Below are positions 51,899 to 63,170 of a stretch of DNA of 64,000 bases, piece by piece; position 1 is the first letter of the stretch, and each line of letters starts with the position of its first letter. This DNA comes from Gemmatimonadaceae bacterium. Its GTDB lineage: Bacteria; Gemmatimonadota; Gemmatimonadetes; Gemmatimonadales; Gemmatimonadaceae. Below the pieces are notes generated by a model, which was not told the DNA's origin, did not search any database, and saw nothing but the letters and a program-made list of their open reading frames with translations. The stretch is from contig JBHYGA010000001.1 in assembly GCA_051859245.1 (NCBI GenBank), forward strand, positions 1,565,722 through 1,629,721, in the 5' to 3' direction. The position numbers were made by a program, and so were the translations under genes.

Positions 51899-53293
51899 TC
51901 AGATTGCGCCGACGGGCCCTCCTCCTGCACGGAGAAGTTCGGGCTCAGAAGGAATCGCGGTAGGATAGCGACCCGAGAAGCAGGCGTGACAGTAGCCCGA
52001 CGGTCCGTTTGGAACAGCCGAGAGCATACCGTTCAGCGACAGATAACCCAACGAGTCAACGCCCAAATGACGAGCCAGTTCCTCTTGTGTCATACTGGCC
52101 GCGATCAACTCCTCACGACGAGGCGTATCGATGCCGTAATAACAGGGACTGATAATCGGTGCACTGGAAACTCGCATGTGCACTTCACGCGCACCAGCCG
52201 CACGAACAAGAGAAACCAATCCGCGAGTGGTTGTCCCTCGAACGATTGAGTCGTCCACCATGACCACGGACTTGCCTTCGATCAGCTCGCGCACCGGGTT
52301 GTACTTCACTTTCACCTTGGCGTCGCGACCGGCCTGCGTTGGCTGAATGAACGTGCGACCCACATAGTGATTGCGAATGAGCGCGAACTCAAACGGAATG
52401 CCCGACTCCTCCGCAAAGCCGAGCGCGGCCGAGTTTGATGAGTCTGGTACGGCGAATACCAGGTCGGCCTGCGGTGCAGGGCACTCCTGCGCGAGCTGCC
52501 GACCAAGCGCCCGTCGAGCGCGGTGCACGGAATCACCAAACACGTTGCTGTCGGGTCGCGCAAAATACACATGCTCGAACACGCAACGGTTGAGTTCGGC
52601 AGGCGCAACGGCCTGAATCGTGCGCAATCCGAATCGATCAATCGCCACGATTTCACCGGGGGCGACATCACGCACGAAGGTCGCGCCGACGATATCCAGT
52701 CCACACGTTTCCGAACTGACGACCCACGCTTCACCCAGCTTACCAATAGCGAGTGGTCGCCAACCGTGCGGATCGCGTGCGGCGAGAAATGTGTCGTCAA
52801 TCACAACCAACAAGCAATACGCACCTTCCACACCGTTGAGCGCGTGTGCGAGCCGCTCTTCCGGGATCACACCGGGCGCGCGTGCGATGCGATGCACAAT
52901 CGCTTCCGAATCCATCGACGACGTGAAGATCGCACCAACCTCTTCGAGGTCGCGTCGAAGTTCAACGGCGTTGGTGAGATTGCCGTTGTGCGCCAGCGCC
53001 AGATGCCCTTTGCGTACGCGCGCAAGAATCGGCTGCGCGTTTTCAATGGCAGATGCGCCGGCGGTTGAGTATCGCGTATGCCCAACGGCAATTGGTCCGT
53101 TGAGCGCGCGCATGGACTCGTCGCCAAATCCCTCGGACACGAGACCCATGGTGCGACGCAAGCTGGCAACACCCGTATCATCAACCGCGACAATACCGGC
53201 CGATTCCTGACCACGATGCTGCAGTGAATAGAGGCCCAACTGCGTCAGCGCTGCCGCGTTGGGATGACCGTACACGCCGAATATGCCACACAT
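51899..53293 (-). CDS. purF: Amidophosphoribosyltransferase
   Basis: MCGIFG, LQHRGQE, GHTRYST, HNGNL, VDDSIVRGTT. Confidence 0.98.
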   Translation of the reverse strand: MCGIFGVYGHPNAAALTQLGLYSLQHRGQESAGIVAVDDTGVASLRRTMGLVSEGFGDESMRALNGPIAVGHTRYSTAGASAIENAQPILARVRKGHLALAHNGNLTNAVELRRDLEEVGAIFTSSMDSEAIVHRIARAPGVIPEERLAHALNGVEGAYCLLVVIDDTFLAARDPHGWRPLAIGKLGEAWVVSSETCGLDIVGATFVRDVAPGEIVAIDRFGLRTIQAVAPAELNRCVFEHVYFARPDSNVFGDSVHRARRALGRQLAQECPAPQADLVFAVPDSSNSAALGFAEESGIPFEFALIRNHYVGRTFIQPTQAGRDAKVKVKYNPVRELIEGKSVVMVDDSIVRGTTTRGLVSLVRAAGAREVHMRVSSAPIISPCYYGIDTPRREELIAASMTQEELARHLGVDSLGYLSLNGMLSAVPNGPSGYCHACFSGRYPTAIPSEPELLRAGGGPVGAI

Positions 53294-53307
53294 GAGAGTG
53301 AGTTCCG

Positions 53308-55632
53308 TCAGACAGTGGTGGGCGTCGTCGAAGCGCCGTCCGCAGTTGCTGCGGCGTCGCCATTCATGATGCCCGGAATGGTGTCGTGAAACGCGCGAGC
53401 CAGCGGTGCGATTGCCGAGTGCGCCGATACAGCGCCGATAAGGAAGTCTACACCCTCGCTGGCGTCAGTCACTCGACCGAGCACCTGGGCGGGCACGCCA
53501 TGAGTGCGCGCAGCGGCCAACACGGCCTCCGGCGACGATGTACTGATCACCACACGCGCCTGGGCTTCACCGAAGAGCAATGCACGCAACGGCAGATCGG
53601 ACCATGGCGTGAGATCGACCGAGAATCCAAGTGCATGCTCACGCCGCATCATCGCACACTCGGCGAGCGCAACGGCCAGGCCGCCATCGCTGCAATCGTG
53701 TGCGCTCTTTACGTGCCCCGCCCGAATCGCATCGAGCAGCGCATCAATCAAGCGGCCTTCCACCGCGGGATCGCACGCCGGCGGGGCGCCAATCGCGAGA
53801 CCGTGCACACGCTGCAAATACTCACTGGCACCAAGCTCCGCGGTGTTTTCACCGAACAACACAATGCTGTCACCAGCGTGCTGGAACGCCGACGGGGTCG
53901 CGTGGTCGAGCGAGTCGAGCACACCAACCATGCCGATCGTTGGCGTGGGGTAAATCGCGCCCTGCGGATTTTCATTGTACAGCGACACATTGCCGCCGGT
54001 CACCGGCGTCTCAAGCGTGCGGCACGCGTCGCCCATGCCACCAACGGCTTCCTTCAACTGGAAGTACACTTCCGGTCGTGTCGGATTGCCGAAGTTCAGG
54101 TTGTTGGTAATGGCGCGCGGGCGTGCACCACTGCACGCCACATTGCGTGCCGCTTCACACACGGCGATGCGACCGCCAACACGCGGATCGAGTGCTACAT
54201 AGCGGCCGTTGCCATCGATACACAACGCGATCGCCGCGTCCGTGCCACGCAAACGCACAATCGCGGCGTCGCTGCCCGGACCGGTAATGGTGCTCGTACG
54301 CACCATGGAATCGTACTGACGCCACACCCACGCCTTGCTGCTGATGGTGGGCGAGGACAACAGCTGTTCCAACGTCCAGATCGGGTCCGCTTCTTCCGCC
54401 AAGGGCTCCACGTCGTGCGGATCACGCGCGCGTGCTGCGGCCAAGACTGGAGACTCTTTTGCCTCAATCACGTACGTGGGGCAATCGGTCACCAACTGAA
54501 TGCCCGGGAACTCCGCCACAACACGATCACCTTCAGTCACGCGATACACCGGCTCGGCGATCACCTCGCCGATCACCGCCGCTTCAAGGTCCCACCGCGC
54601 GAGGATCTCCTCCACCTGCTTTTCACGTCCTTTGTGCGCCACCACGAGCATGCGCTCCTGCGATTCGGACAGCAGAATCTCGTACGGCGTCATGCCTTCT
54701 TCGCGCACCGGCACCTTGGTCATGTCGATGGTGACGCCAACATCACCACGCGCCGCCATCTCGGCAGACGACGAGGTGAGTCCCGCGGCGCCCATGTCCT
54801 GAATAGCCACGATGTGCCCGCTCTTGATCAGTTCGAGCGACGCTTCCAGCAGCAGCTTCTCGGTGAACGGATCACCGACCTGCACGCGCGGACGTTTGGA
54901 CTCGCTCTCTTCGCTGAGGTCTTCACTGGCAAACGATGCGCCGTGAATGCCATCGCGACCGGTGCGCGCTCCAACGGCAATGATCGGATTGCCAACGCCC
55001 TCGGCAACCGCGCGAATCAGCTCCTCTTCGCGCAGCACGCCAACGCACATCGCGTTCACGAGCGGATTGCCTTCGTACGAGGGATCGAACATGACTTCGC
55101 CGCCAACGGTGGGCACGCCCACGCAGTTGCCGTAGTCACCAATACCTTTCACCACGCCGGCAAACAGATACCGCACGCGTGACGACGTGAGCGGACCAAA
55201 CCGCAGCGAGTTCAGCAGCGCAATCGGACGCGCGCCCATGGTGAACACATCGCGCAGAATACCGCCAACACCGGTGGCCGCGCCCTGATACGGTTCCACA
55301 GCGCTCGGATGATTGTGCGATTCGATCTTGAAGGCTACGGCAATGCCGTCTTTTACGGCAATCACGCCCGCGTTTTCGCCCGGCCCCTGCAGCACCCACG
55401 GCGCCTCTGTAGGAAGCGTGCGCAACAAAGGACGTGAATGTTTGTACGAGCAATGCTCGCTCCACAGCGCGCTCACGATGCCGAGTTCGGTGAACGTAGG
55501 AGTGCGACCGAGCATGGCGAGCACTTTCTCGTACTCCGACGGCGTGATGCCGTGTTCTTTGATCAGTGCGGGCGTAATCTCCGGATCGCCGGGTCGCGGC
55601 TGCACGTTCGATGGTGTCTTCACACTGCTCAT
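53308..55632 (-). CDS. purL: FGAM synthase subunit PurL
   Basis: [39 protein letters not shown]. Confidence 0.98.
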   Translation of the reverse strand: MSSVKTPSNVQPRPGDPEITPALIKEHGITPSEYEKVLAMLGRTPTFTELGIVSALWSEHCSYKHSRPLLRTLPTEAPWVLQGPGENAGVIAVKDGIAVAFKIESHNHPSAVEPYQGAATGVGGILRDVFTMGARPIALLNSLRFGPLTSSRVRYLFAGVVKGIGDYGNCVGVPTVGGEVMFDPSYEGNPLVNAMCVGVLREEELIRAVAEGVGNPIIAVGARTGRDGIHGASFASEDLSEESESKRPRVQVGDPFTEKLLLEASLELIKSGHIVAIQDMGAAGLTSSSAEMAARGDVGVTIDMTKVPVREEGMTPYEILLSESQERMLVVAHKGREKQVEEILARWDLEAAVIGEVIAEPVYRVTEGDRVVAEFPGIQLVTDCPTYVIEAKESPVLAAARARDPHDVEPLAEEADPIWTLEQLLSSPTISSKAWVWRQYDSMVRTSTITGPGSDAAIVRLRGTDAAIALCIDGNGRYVALDPRVGGRIAVCEAARNVACSGARPRAITNNLNFGNPTRPEVYFQLKEAVGGMGDACRTLETPVTGGNVSLYNENPQGAIYPTPTIGMVGVLDSLDHATPSAFQHAGDSIVLFGENTAELGASEYLQRVHGLAIGAPPACDPAVEGRLIDALLDAIRAGHVKSAHDCSDGGLAVALAECAMMRREHALGFSVDLTPWSDLPLRALLFGEAQARVVISTSSPEAVLAAARTHGVPAQVLGRVTDASEGVDFLIGAVSAHSAIAPLARAFHDTIPGIMNGDAAATADGASTTPTTV

Positions 55633-56333
55633 GCGTTCACCTCGGCAAGCATGGCATCTGCGAGAGAGTGCAACAGAGGCAGTCCGTCGGCGGAACCGAT
55701 TCGCAAATCGACCGCGCGCTCCGGGTGCGGCATCATGCCAAGCACGTTGCCGGCCGCGTTGCGAATACCGGCAATGTTGCGCTGCGACTGATTGGGATTC
55801 GCTTCTTCTGTGACATGACCTGCGGCGTCGACGTAACGGAACACCACGTGTCCTTCACCTTCGAGGCGCTCCAGCGTGTCCGCGTCAGCCGTGTAGCGAC
55901 CGTCGCCGTGCGCCACGGGAATGCGAATCACCTGACCGATGTGGTACCGGGACGTAAACTGCGTGGCAATGCTCTCCACCCGCAGATGAACCTGATCGCA
56001 CACAAACTTGAGGCTGGCGTTGCGCAAGAGTGCGCCGGGAAGTAATCCGGCTTCACACGCGATCTGAAAGCCATTGCAGATGGCGAGGACCGGACCGCCA
56101 CGCGCGGCGTGCGCAACCACTTCCTGCATGATCGGGCTGAAGCGTGCGATCGCACCTGGGCGCAAGTAATCACCGTAGCTGAAGCCACCGGGAAGCACCA
56201 CCAGCTCGGCGCCCTGCAGATCATGCTCTTTGTGCCAGCAGTAGACGGCCTCTGCGCCCAGATGATCCGCGAACGCGTTGTACGCGTCCTCGTCGCAGTT
56301 GGAGCCTGGAAAGCGAACGATGCCGACCTTCAC
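55629..56333 (-). CDS. purQ: FGAM synthase glutaminase subunit PurQ
   Basis: [31 protein letters not shown]. Confidence 0.98.
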   Translation of the reverse strand: MKVGIVRFPGSNCDEDAYNAFADHLGAEAVYCWHKEHDLQGAELVVLPGGFSYGDYLRPGAIARFSPIMQEVVAHAARGGPVLAICNGFQIACEAGLLPGALLRNASLKFVCDQVHLRVESIATQFTSRYHIGQVIRIPVAHGDGRYTADADTLERLEGEGHVVFRYVDAAGHVTEEANPNQSQRNIAGIRNAAGNVLGMMPHPERAVDLRIGSADGLPLLHSLADAMLAEVNA

Positions 56334-56587
56334 GCGTGCTCCACCGAGTCAATGTGAAAGTCTTCCGTGACAGGATTCGCGAGCAGCTGCTCGCACATGC
56401 GCTTGACGGCGTCACGCGCGGCCTGCTCGTGCTCCGCATCGGTGTCGAGCACGAGATGACGGCCCACGCGCACATCGCCAACACTGGCGAAGCCAAGCGT
56501 GTGCAACGCATCCGAGACGGCCTTCCCCTGTGGGTCAAGAATGCCGCGACGCGGCACAATCTGAATGGCCACGCGGAATCGAGTCAT
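56330..56587 (-). CDS. purS: FGAM synthase subunit PurS
   Basis: ILDPQGKAV...VRVGR...MCEQLLANPV. ATG 56587 (or TTG 56593). Confidence 0.96.
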   Translation of the reverse strand: MTRFRVAIQIVPRRGILDPQGKAVSDALHTLGFASVGDVRVGRHLVLDTDAEHEQAARDAVKRMCEQLLANPVTEDFHIDSVEHA

Positions 56588-56589
56588 GT

Positions 56590-57501
56590 TCAAGAATCCT
56601 TTCGGTCGCTGCGGCGACCGCTGTCAGAGCGGGAGTCACGCCGACGCGAACCGCGACGACGAAGTGGAGTCGAACTGGTTACGGCAACACCATCGGCGAC
56701 AAGCGCCACATCGTCACCATCATCATCGTCGTCCGACTGCGTCGGCAGACGATCGAGCAAACCCAGCAGTACGGTGCGGCCAATTCCGTACAACACGTAG
56801 CACATCAGGGCCGGGAAGAAAAACTGTTTGGGCAGGAAGATCACACCAACGAGCGTACCCACGACGAGCAACAGACCCAGCACGCCACGCCACGACTTGA
56901 GTCCAACCGTTGGTACGGCGGCATATTGCACATTGCTGATCATGAGCATGCCCAGGCCGAGCATGACCCAGCGCAACATCTGATGCCACGGCAAGCCACC
57001 GATCATCGTTTCCGTGTACAGCGGTGTCTGACTGAACCAGTAGTACGTGGCCAGCGTCATGCCCGCTGCAGGACTTGGCAAGCCGGTGAAGTGTGTCTTG
57101 GCGCGCCCAGCCTGCTCCACATTAAAGCGCGCCAGTCTGACGACGGCCGCCGCCGTGAACAGAAAACAGAAGATCCAGTCCCAGCCGGTGTTGTTCAGCA
57201 CGGCGAAATACATGATCAGCGCCGGCGCGAGGCCGAAGCTGATCGCGTCGACCAAGCTGTCCAACTCGGAGCCGAACTTGCTGCCACTTTTTGTCGCGCG
57301 CGCAATGCGACCGTCCAGCGTATCCGCGACCGCGCCAAACACGATGTAGCGCGCGGCACCATCGAAATCACCGCGTGACGCGGAGACGATCGCGAACACA
57401 CCGAAAAACAGATTGGCGAGCGTCAGCCCGTTCGGCAGGACAACGACTGCGCGACGACGTGGTCGTCCGGTGTTGCCTGCCGTGGTGCCGGGTTCAGTCA
57501 T
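56590..57501 (-). CDS. pssA: CDP-diacylglycerol--serine O-phosphatidyltransferase
   Basis: LPNGLTLANL, DTLDGRIAR...GSELDSLVDAISFG, RLARFN, FTGLPSP. Confidence 0.93.
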   Translation of the reverse strand: MTEPGTTAGNTGRPRRRAVVVLPNGLTLANLFFGVFAIVSASRGDFDGAARYIVFGAVADTLDGRIARATKSGSKFGSELDSLVDAISFGLAPALIMYFAVLNNTGWDWIFCFLFTAAAVVRLARFNVEQAGRAKTHFTGLPSPAAGMTLATYYWFSQTPLYTETMIGGLPWHQMLRWVMLGLGMLMISNVQYAAVPTVGLKSWRGVLGLLLVVGTLVGVIFLPKQFFFPALMCYVLYGIGRTVLLGLLDRLPTQSDDDDDGDDVALVADGVAVTSSTPLRRRGSRRRDSRSDSGRRSDRKDS

Positions 57502-57719
57502 CAGGCGCGCTCCAGCGGAAGAAGGACGGCGACATCGGCGTACGCCGTGACGGTCGTGCCGCGGAAGTACCAGGAGGCACACAGCGCCAGGATCAACAGC
57601 GAAAACGCGCCCAGCCAGAGCGGCCAGGACCGCAGCCGCAGTGCCGCAAGGAAAACCAGCGCCGCCAGCAGCGTAAGTCCAACCACGTACGCATAGCCTT
57701 CGGGCGCGAGTCCGTTCAC
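57501..57719 (-). pseudogene. psd: Phosphatidylserine decarboxylase remnant (N-terminal membrane hairpin only, 72 aa)
   Basis: LAPEGY...two TM helices...WYFR resembles the start of pssA-linked Psd (EG..F...FFRDP); position upstream of pssA; no catalytic domain or GS cleavage motif. Confidence 0.6.
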
Positions 57720-58696
57720 GAGCGCTGCTCCTCACTCGCCGCGTTTACGGCGGCATCGATCGCGTTCGTATCGAGCGGTGCGCCTGACACGCGCGCGAAT
57801 GCGTCAAGGTATCGCGCGCTGGTCGCGGCAACGACCGATGCAGGCAAGGCAGGCCCAGGCGCGTCGCCGTTCCACCGACCCGCGCGGCGCTCTGCATCTA
57901 ACCAGTCGCGGAGCGGTTGTTTGTCGAAGCTGGGCTGACTCCGTCCTGGCGCATACTGATCCGCCGGCCAGAACCGAGACGAGTCGGGAGTGAGGACTTC
58001 ATCAATCAACAGGAGCTGGCCATGTCGTACACCAAACTCAAACTTTGTATCCGCCACAATGATTCCGCGCGGCGCAGCGGTCTCGCGTCCGAACTCGTAA
58101 ATCGCACGCGAGCTGCGCTCGAGCGCAGCACTCTGTTCGTCACCGAGTTGCGCCACAACTGAGGCGTACGTGATGTTTTCGTCGTGTCCGGTCTCCGCCT
58201 TGGTGGCGGGTGAGAACAGCGCCGGGTCCAGCCGGCTGCTCTCCAATAGTCCTGCCGGCAACGCTTCACCAGCAAGCGTACCCGTGGCCGAATATTCTTT
58301 CCACGCAGAGCCTGCGAGATAACCGCGCATCACGCACTCCACCGGAATCACATCGGTTCGCAAACACAACATGGCGCGTCCGACCAGCGTGTGCCGGTGG
58401 GACTGCAGTGCAGGAACCCGACGCGCAATCTCATCCGCGTCAGCGCTCACCATATGATGTGGCAGCGCGTCACCAAAGTGTGCCGACAACCGCGTGAGCC
58501 ACCACGCACTCAACTGCGTGAGCACCGCGCCTTTGTACGGAATGGGCGCGTCGAGCACCACATCAAACGCACTCACGCGATCGGTTGCGATCAGGAGCAC
58601 ATGCTCATCACCCACCGAGTACACATCTCGCACTTTGCCTCGACGCAGCAGCGGCAGAGGCAACGCCGTTTCGCGTACAGCTTCCGCCGTACTCAT
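57716..58696 (-). CDS. purC: SAICAR synthase
   Basis: [40 protein letters not shown]. Confidence 0.97.
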   Translation of the reverse strand: MSTAEAVRETALPLPLLRRGKVRDVYSVGDEHVLLIATDRVSAFDVVLDAPIPYKGAVLTQLSAWWLTRLSAHFGDALPHHMVSADADEIARRVPALQSHRHTLVGRAMLCLRTDVIPVECVMRGYLAGSAWKEYSATGTLAGEALPAGLLESSRLDPALFSPATKAETGHDENITYASVVAQLGDEQSAALERSSRAIYEFGRETAAPRGIIVADTKFEFGVRHGQLLLIDEVLTPDSSRFWPADQYAPGRSQPSFDKQPLRDWLDAERRAGRWNGDAPGPALPASVVAATSARYLDAFARVSGAPLDTNAIDAAVNAASEEQRS

Positions 58697-60138
58697 ACGC
58701 GCACCTCGTCGTTCGCCGTATGCGAGGGGTGCGCGGCAAGCAGCGGCTCAATGACTTCCGCAAGAAAGTCATCCACCTGTTGTGGTGCACGCCCGGTAAA
58801 GCGAGACGGCTCGGCGAGCGCCTGCAAATCTTCAAGGGGAACACCAAACGTTTCGTCTGCCGCAAGGCGTTCAAGCATATCGTTACGCGGCGCGCCATCT
58901 TTCACGGCGCGCGCGGCGGCGATCGAATGACCGCGAATCGCCTCGTGCGCGATTTGCCGATCGCCACCGGCTCGGACTGCGCGCACAATGATTTCTTCAG
59001 TCGCCATGAACGGCAGTTCGTCGTCGACTCGGCGGCGAATGCGCGCCGGATGCACTTCGAGGCCGGCCACCACGTTGCGCAGCAGCACAAGAATCGCATC
59101 GGTCGCGAGGAACGATTCCGGAATGACCAATCGGCGATTCGCGGAATCATCAAGCGTGCGTTCGAAGTACTGCACCGCGTGTGTCTGATTCGCGTTGGGT
59201 TCAAGCGACAACACAAATCGAGCGAGTGCCGCAATTCGCTCCGAGCGCATGGGATTGCGCTTGTACGCCATGGCCGACGAACCAATCTGATCGCGCTCGA
59301 ACGGTTCTTCGATTTCTCCGAACGCCTGCAGCATGCGCATGTCGCCGGAAAACTTGGACGCACTCGATGCGACGCCGGCCACCACGCCGAGTACCTGCGC
59401 ATCAATCTTTCGGCTATAGGTCTGCCCGGTCACGGGAATCGATGCGTCAAATCCCATGGCCTTTGAGACGCGCCGATCAAGTTCCCGCACCCGTGCGTGA
59501 TCGCCGTCGAACAGCGACAGAAACGACGCCTGCGTACCGGTGGTGCCTTTCACGCCACGGAACGGCAGCGTGGCGATGCGATGATCAAGATCGGCAATGT
59601 CGAGCACCAGATCCTGCATCCAGAGCGTGGCGCGCTTGCCCACGGTCGTGAGCTGCGCCGGCTGCAAATGCGTGTAGCCAAGGCACGGCACATCACGATA
59701 CTGCCGCGCAAAGGCGGCGAGCGATCGCACCGACTCCACACACTTGTCGCGCAACAGCTCCATACCGCGTCGCATCAACACCAGTTCGGCGTTGTCCGTG
59801 ACGTAACAGCTGGTGGCGCCGAGATGAATGAACGGACGTGCTGAAGGCGCGACATCGGCGAAGGCATGCACGTGCGCCATGACATCATGTCGAAAGCGCT
59901 TTTCGTATTCGGCAACCGACGCAAAGTTAATGTCGTCGAGGTGCGTGCGCATTTCATTGATTGCCGCCTCGGGCAAATCGAGCCCGAGTTCGCGCTGCGC
60001 TTCGGCGAGCACCAGCCACAGGCGGCGCCACAGCCCGTAGCGCATTGACGGGCCCCACAACTCCAGCATGGCGCGCGACGCATACCGCTCGGAGAGCGGC
60101 GACGAATAGATCGAAGGTGCAGAAGTATCAGCGGACAC
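58693..60138 (-). CDS. purB: Adenylosuccinate lyase
   Basis: [44 protein letters not shown] 60138 chosen as start. Confidence 0.96.
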   Translation of the reverse strand: MSADTSAPSIYSSPLSERYASRAMLELWGPSMRYGLWRRLWLVLAEAQRELGLDLPEAAINEMRTHLDDINFASVAEYEKRFRHDVMAHVHAFADVAPSARPFIHLGATSCYVTDNAELVLMRRGMELLRDKCVESVRSLAAFARQYRDVPCLGYTHLQPAQLTTVGKRATLWMQDLVLDIADLDHRIATLPFRGVKGTTGTQASFLSLFDGDHARVRELDRRVSKAMGFDASIPVTGQTYSRKIDAQVLGVVAGVASSASKFSGDMRMLQAFGEIEEPFERDQIGSSAMAYKRNPMRSERIAALARFVLSLEPNANQTHAVQYFERTLDDSANRRLVIPESFLATDAILVLLRNVVAGLEVHPARIRRRVDDELPFMATEEIIVRAVRAGGDRQIAHEAIRGHSIAAARAVKDGAPRNDMLERLAADETFGVPLEDLQALAEPSRFTGRAPQQVDDFLAEVIEPLLAAHPSHTANDEVRV

Positions 60139-61561
60139 GGAATGAAATCGGAGAATAGAGCCGTCCGTTGCGCTCGAACCACAGCTGCACAGGGCCGCGA
60201 GCGGCGTAGGCATCAATGGCGCGCGCCGCGAGATCGGCCGAAGTAATGGGAGTATTGCCGATCTGAACGATCACATCGCCAGCCTGCAATCCAAGCTCTG
60301 TTTGCAGCCGTTCAGACGTCCGAACGATCAACGCGCCGCCAGCGGACTGGATGCGCCGTTCAAGCCGAATTGCGGGAGTTACCGTGACGAGTTCCAGCTC
60401 GCGTAACACGGTCACACGCGGCGCGCTGACCTCGGGCACGTCCGCCACAGTCACCTGGAGCACGATTTCGCGCGTGCCACGTCGAACCGTCAGCGGAAAC
60501 GCCTCACCAACACGCAGTTCGAGCAAACGTGCTTCCCAGTCGAATGGATTACGCAGCGGCTTGTTGCCGGCGCGTACCAACACGTCGCCCGCTTGCACGC
60601 CCGCGCGTTCTGCGGGAGAGCCAGGCACGATACGTCCAACGGTTGGCACGGTGCGTACTGCGTCACGTGCGCTGTTTACTTCAGGCATGCGCAGCTGTAC
60701 ACCAACCCACGGCTGGCGCACCCGTCCGTGTGTGAGCAAGTCGCTCACAATGCGCATGGTGCGGTCAATCGGAATGGCGAACCCAAGTCCGATCGATCCT
60801 CCCGACGGTGAATAGATCGAACTGTTCACACCGATCACCGCGCCGTTTGCGTTCACGAGCGGTCCGCCCGAGTTACCCGGGTTGATGGCCGCATCGGTTT
60901 GCACCATGTCGAGATACACGCCGCCGCCTTCGCCGCGGGCCGTGATATTGCGACCCACCGCACTGATCACACCAACGGACACACTCGGTTCGCTATTGCC
61001 AAGCACAAAGCCGAATGGATTGCCAATGGCAATGCTCCACTCGCCCACGATCAGATCCGCCGACGTACCAAGCGGCGCCACCGGAAGGCCGGTCGCCTCA
61101 ATGCGCAGCACCGCCAGATCATTCTGCTCGTCTTCGCCGACCAACTTCGCTTCGTACGTCGTGCCATCGCGAAGCGCAACCGTGATGCTTGATGCGCCAC
61201 TGACGACATGCGCGTTCGTTACAATGACACCATCCGGGCTCACGATGAAGCCGGAACCAATACCCGCGCGCGCCCGCGAACCAGAGCGCCCACCGAACAT
61301 CTGTTCGAACATGTCAACAGGAACGCGTTCAACCGTTTCCGTTTGCACCGTGACCACAGCGGGCGCAACACGCTCGGCCGCAGTGGTAATCGCCGTTCGC
61401 CGCGATTGATCAATCGATTGCGCCGGGAGCGGCGCGCTGATCACGGGTGGTGGCGCAGTCTGTGTGGTTGACTGCGCGAGCGAATCGGCGGGGCTCGCGC
61501 CGACACATCCGGCCACAAGCAGCGCCACCGCACCAATCGCCGTCAGCCGCGCCACAATCAC
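60128..61561 (-). CDS. HtrA/DegP-family serine protease, two PDZ domains, probable lipoprotein
   Basis: TNAHVV, DLAVL, TDAAINPGNSGG triad; lipobox VAGC. Confidence 0.94.
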   Translation of the reverse strand: MIVARLTAIGAVALLVAGCVGASPADSLAQSTTQTAPPPVISAPLPAQSIDQSRRTAITTAAERVAPAVVTVQTETVERVPVDMFEQMFGGRSGSRARAGIGSGFIVSPDGVIVTNAHVVSGASSITVALRDGTTYEAKLVGEDEQNDLAVLRIEATGLPVAPLGTSADLIVGEWSIAIGNPFGFVLGNSEPSVSVGVISAVGRNITARGEGGGVYLDMVQTDAAINPGNSGGPLVNANGAVIGVNSSIYSPSGGSIGLGFAIPIDRTMRIVSDLLTHGRVRQPWVGVQLRMPEVNSARDAVRTVPTVGRIVPGSPAERAGVQAGDVLVRAGNKPLRNPFDWEARLLELRVGEAFPLTVRRGTREIVLQVTVADVPEVSAPRVTVLRELELVTVTPAIRLERRIQSAGGALIVRTSERLQTELGLQAGDVIVQIGNTPITSADLAARAIDAYAARGPVQLWFERNGRLYSPISFRVR

Positions 61562-62232
61562 AGCTCGCCTGCGCGCAAACGTTGTCCACCGGTGGGGCGA
61601 CGCTGTGCATCAGCCAGCGCCTGATCCGTGAACGGATAGGCAATCATTGCGCGCAGCGTGGACGCGCCAACCACCGCTGCGTCTGCACCTGCGGCGCCAC
61701 ACGCGGCCAGCGACGCGGAGCCCGACGGAAACAGTGCTACAAGCTCCGTTTCGAGCGTCGCTGCATCGAGCAGGTCGCGCGCGGTTTCAATCACACCCGC
61801 GCCGGCCCCGCTCATCGCGTCCAGTCGATCCACGTCGATCAGCACGAACGACGCGCCAGACTTGGCCGCGAACAACGCCTGCGCTGCCGTTCCAACAAAC
61901 GTCGCCGACACACGAATCCCGCCGGCGGCGAGTGATCGCATGAGCACCGCGTTGTCTTCGGTGAACGGTACCTGCAGCACCACATTGTCGGCAGCGCGTC
62001 CGAGGGCGCGTGCGTGATCAAGACCCGCAGCACCGTGTGACAGCGTGTCCGCCGCATCAACCAGCACGGGGAAGGGCACCGCGCGCGCAAACGAAGCCAG
62101 CCAACTGACAGCGGCTTCTTCGGTGGCGGCGCTCCGCAACGCGGCGTCCGGCAGAACAACACCGTCACACCAGCCGCGGGCCGTTGCCCACTGCACATCG
62201 TCGAGCGCGTCGGTCGCAAGAAAGAGCTTCAC
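61558..62232 (-). CDS. Transaldolase/FSA-family protein lacking catalytic residues
   Basis: Colinear with TalC/Fsa (MKLFL, DGV, NVVxxVP, AQALFAAKSGA, GAD, PFTD) but Gln at the Schiff-base Lys position. Confidence 0.8.
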   Translation of the reverse strand: MKLFLATDALDDVQWATARGWCDGVVLPDAALRSAATEEAAVSWLASFARAVPFPVLVDAADTLSHGAAGLDHARALGRAADNVVLQVPFTEDNAVLMRSLAAGGIRVSATFVGTAAQALFAAKSGASFVLIDVDRLDAMSGAGAGVIETARDLLDAATLETELVALFPSGSASLAACGAAGADAAVVGASTLRAMIAYPFTDQALADAQRRPTGGQRLRAGEL

Positions 62233-63014
62233 GTTGAAGAAAGATAAAGGGTCGCAGGGTAACGGACCTGCTCAAAGAACAATCCGTGGGCCGGGGCAGG
62301 CGACCCGGTCTTGCGATTGTCCGCGGCCAGGAGAAGTTCGGCGATCGTACCCTCGGGTCGCCGCCCGAGACCAACATCAACCAGCGTCCCCACCAGAAAA
62401 CGCACCATATGGTGGAGGAACCGGTTTGCTTCAATGTCAAACACCAATCCGCCGTCGCGATGACTCCACCGAGCCTGCAGAATGTCGCAGCGGTGGTCGT
62501 CCTCAGCGGGCGCGGTGCCAAGTACGGCGAACGCGCGAAAGGTGTGCTCCCCAAGGAGCGACTGCGACTCCCGGTTCATGGCGTCCACGTCGAGCGGCCG
62601 AGCCAGCGCCCACTCGGTACGACGCCGAAATGGCGACCAGGACGCGTTATCGGTGCCCACGAAATAGGCGTAGCGGCGACTTTCCGCGCTAAATCGCGGG
62701 TGAAAATCGGGGTGCATGGCGTGCGAGTCCGCAACCCAGACATCGGGCGGCAACTTGGAGTTGATTGCCCGGCGGATCACCTCAGCACTCCACGACGCAG
62801 ACACCCTCACCCCCACACCCTGACCGCGGGCGTGCACGCCGGCGTCGGTCCGACCGGCTCCTGTGGCCGTTACAGGGGCCCCGCACAGCGTGGCGAGCGC
62901 GCGCTCCATTTCGCCTTGCACCGTGCGCTCGCGCAGTTGTCGCTGCCAGCCGGCGAACGCCCCCCCGTCATAGTGGGTGACCAGCAAAAACGAGGCGTCA
63001 GAGGCAGAGTCCAT
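62229..63014 (-). CDS. truA: tRNA pseudouridine(38-40) synthase
   Basis: YDGGAFAGWQRQ, AGRTDAGVHARGQ, FLHHMVR, APAHGLF. Confidence 0.96.
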   Translation of the reverse strand: MDSASDASFLLVTHYDGGAFAGWQRQLRERTVQGEMERALATLCGAPVTATGAGRTDAGVHARGQGVGVRVSASWSAEVIRRAINSKLPPDVWVADSHAMHPDFHPRFSAESRRYAYFVGTDNASWSPFRRRTEWALARPLDVDAMNRESQSLLGEHTFRAFAVLGTAPAEDDHRCDILQARWSHRDGGLVFDIEANRFLHHMVRFLVGTLVDVGLGRRPEGTIAELLLAADNRKTGSPAPAHGLFFEQVRYPATLYLSST

Positions 63015-63170
63015 GAGCCTCGAAAGATACGCTCTCGCAGACCCCCCTTCAAGCGACACGTGTGCGCCGTTCAGTCGTCCTAGGGCAGAGCGCTTGAGCA
63101 GTGGACGTTTGACAGGACATACACTCGCTTTCCACATTGCGCCGCTCCACTTCCCTCCGTCTTCCTGGTC

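Noticed and set aside
53386..55182. 598-aa plus-strand ORF
   Set aside because: Antisense to purL; same shadow effect.
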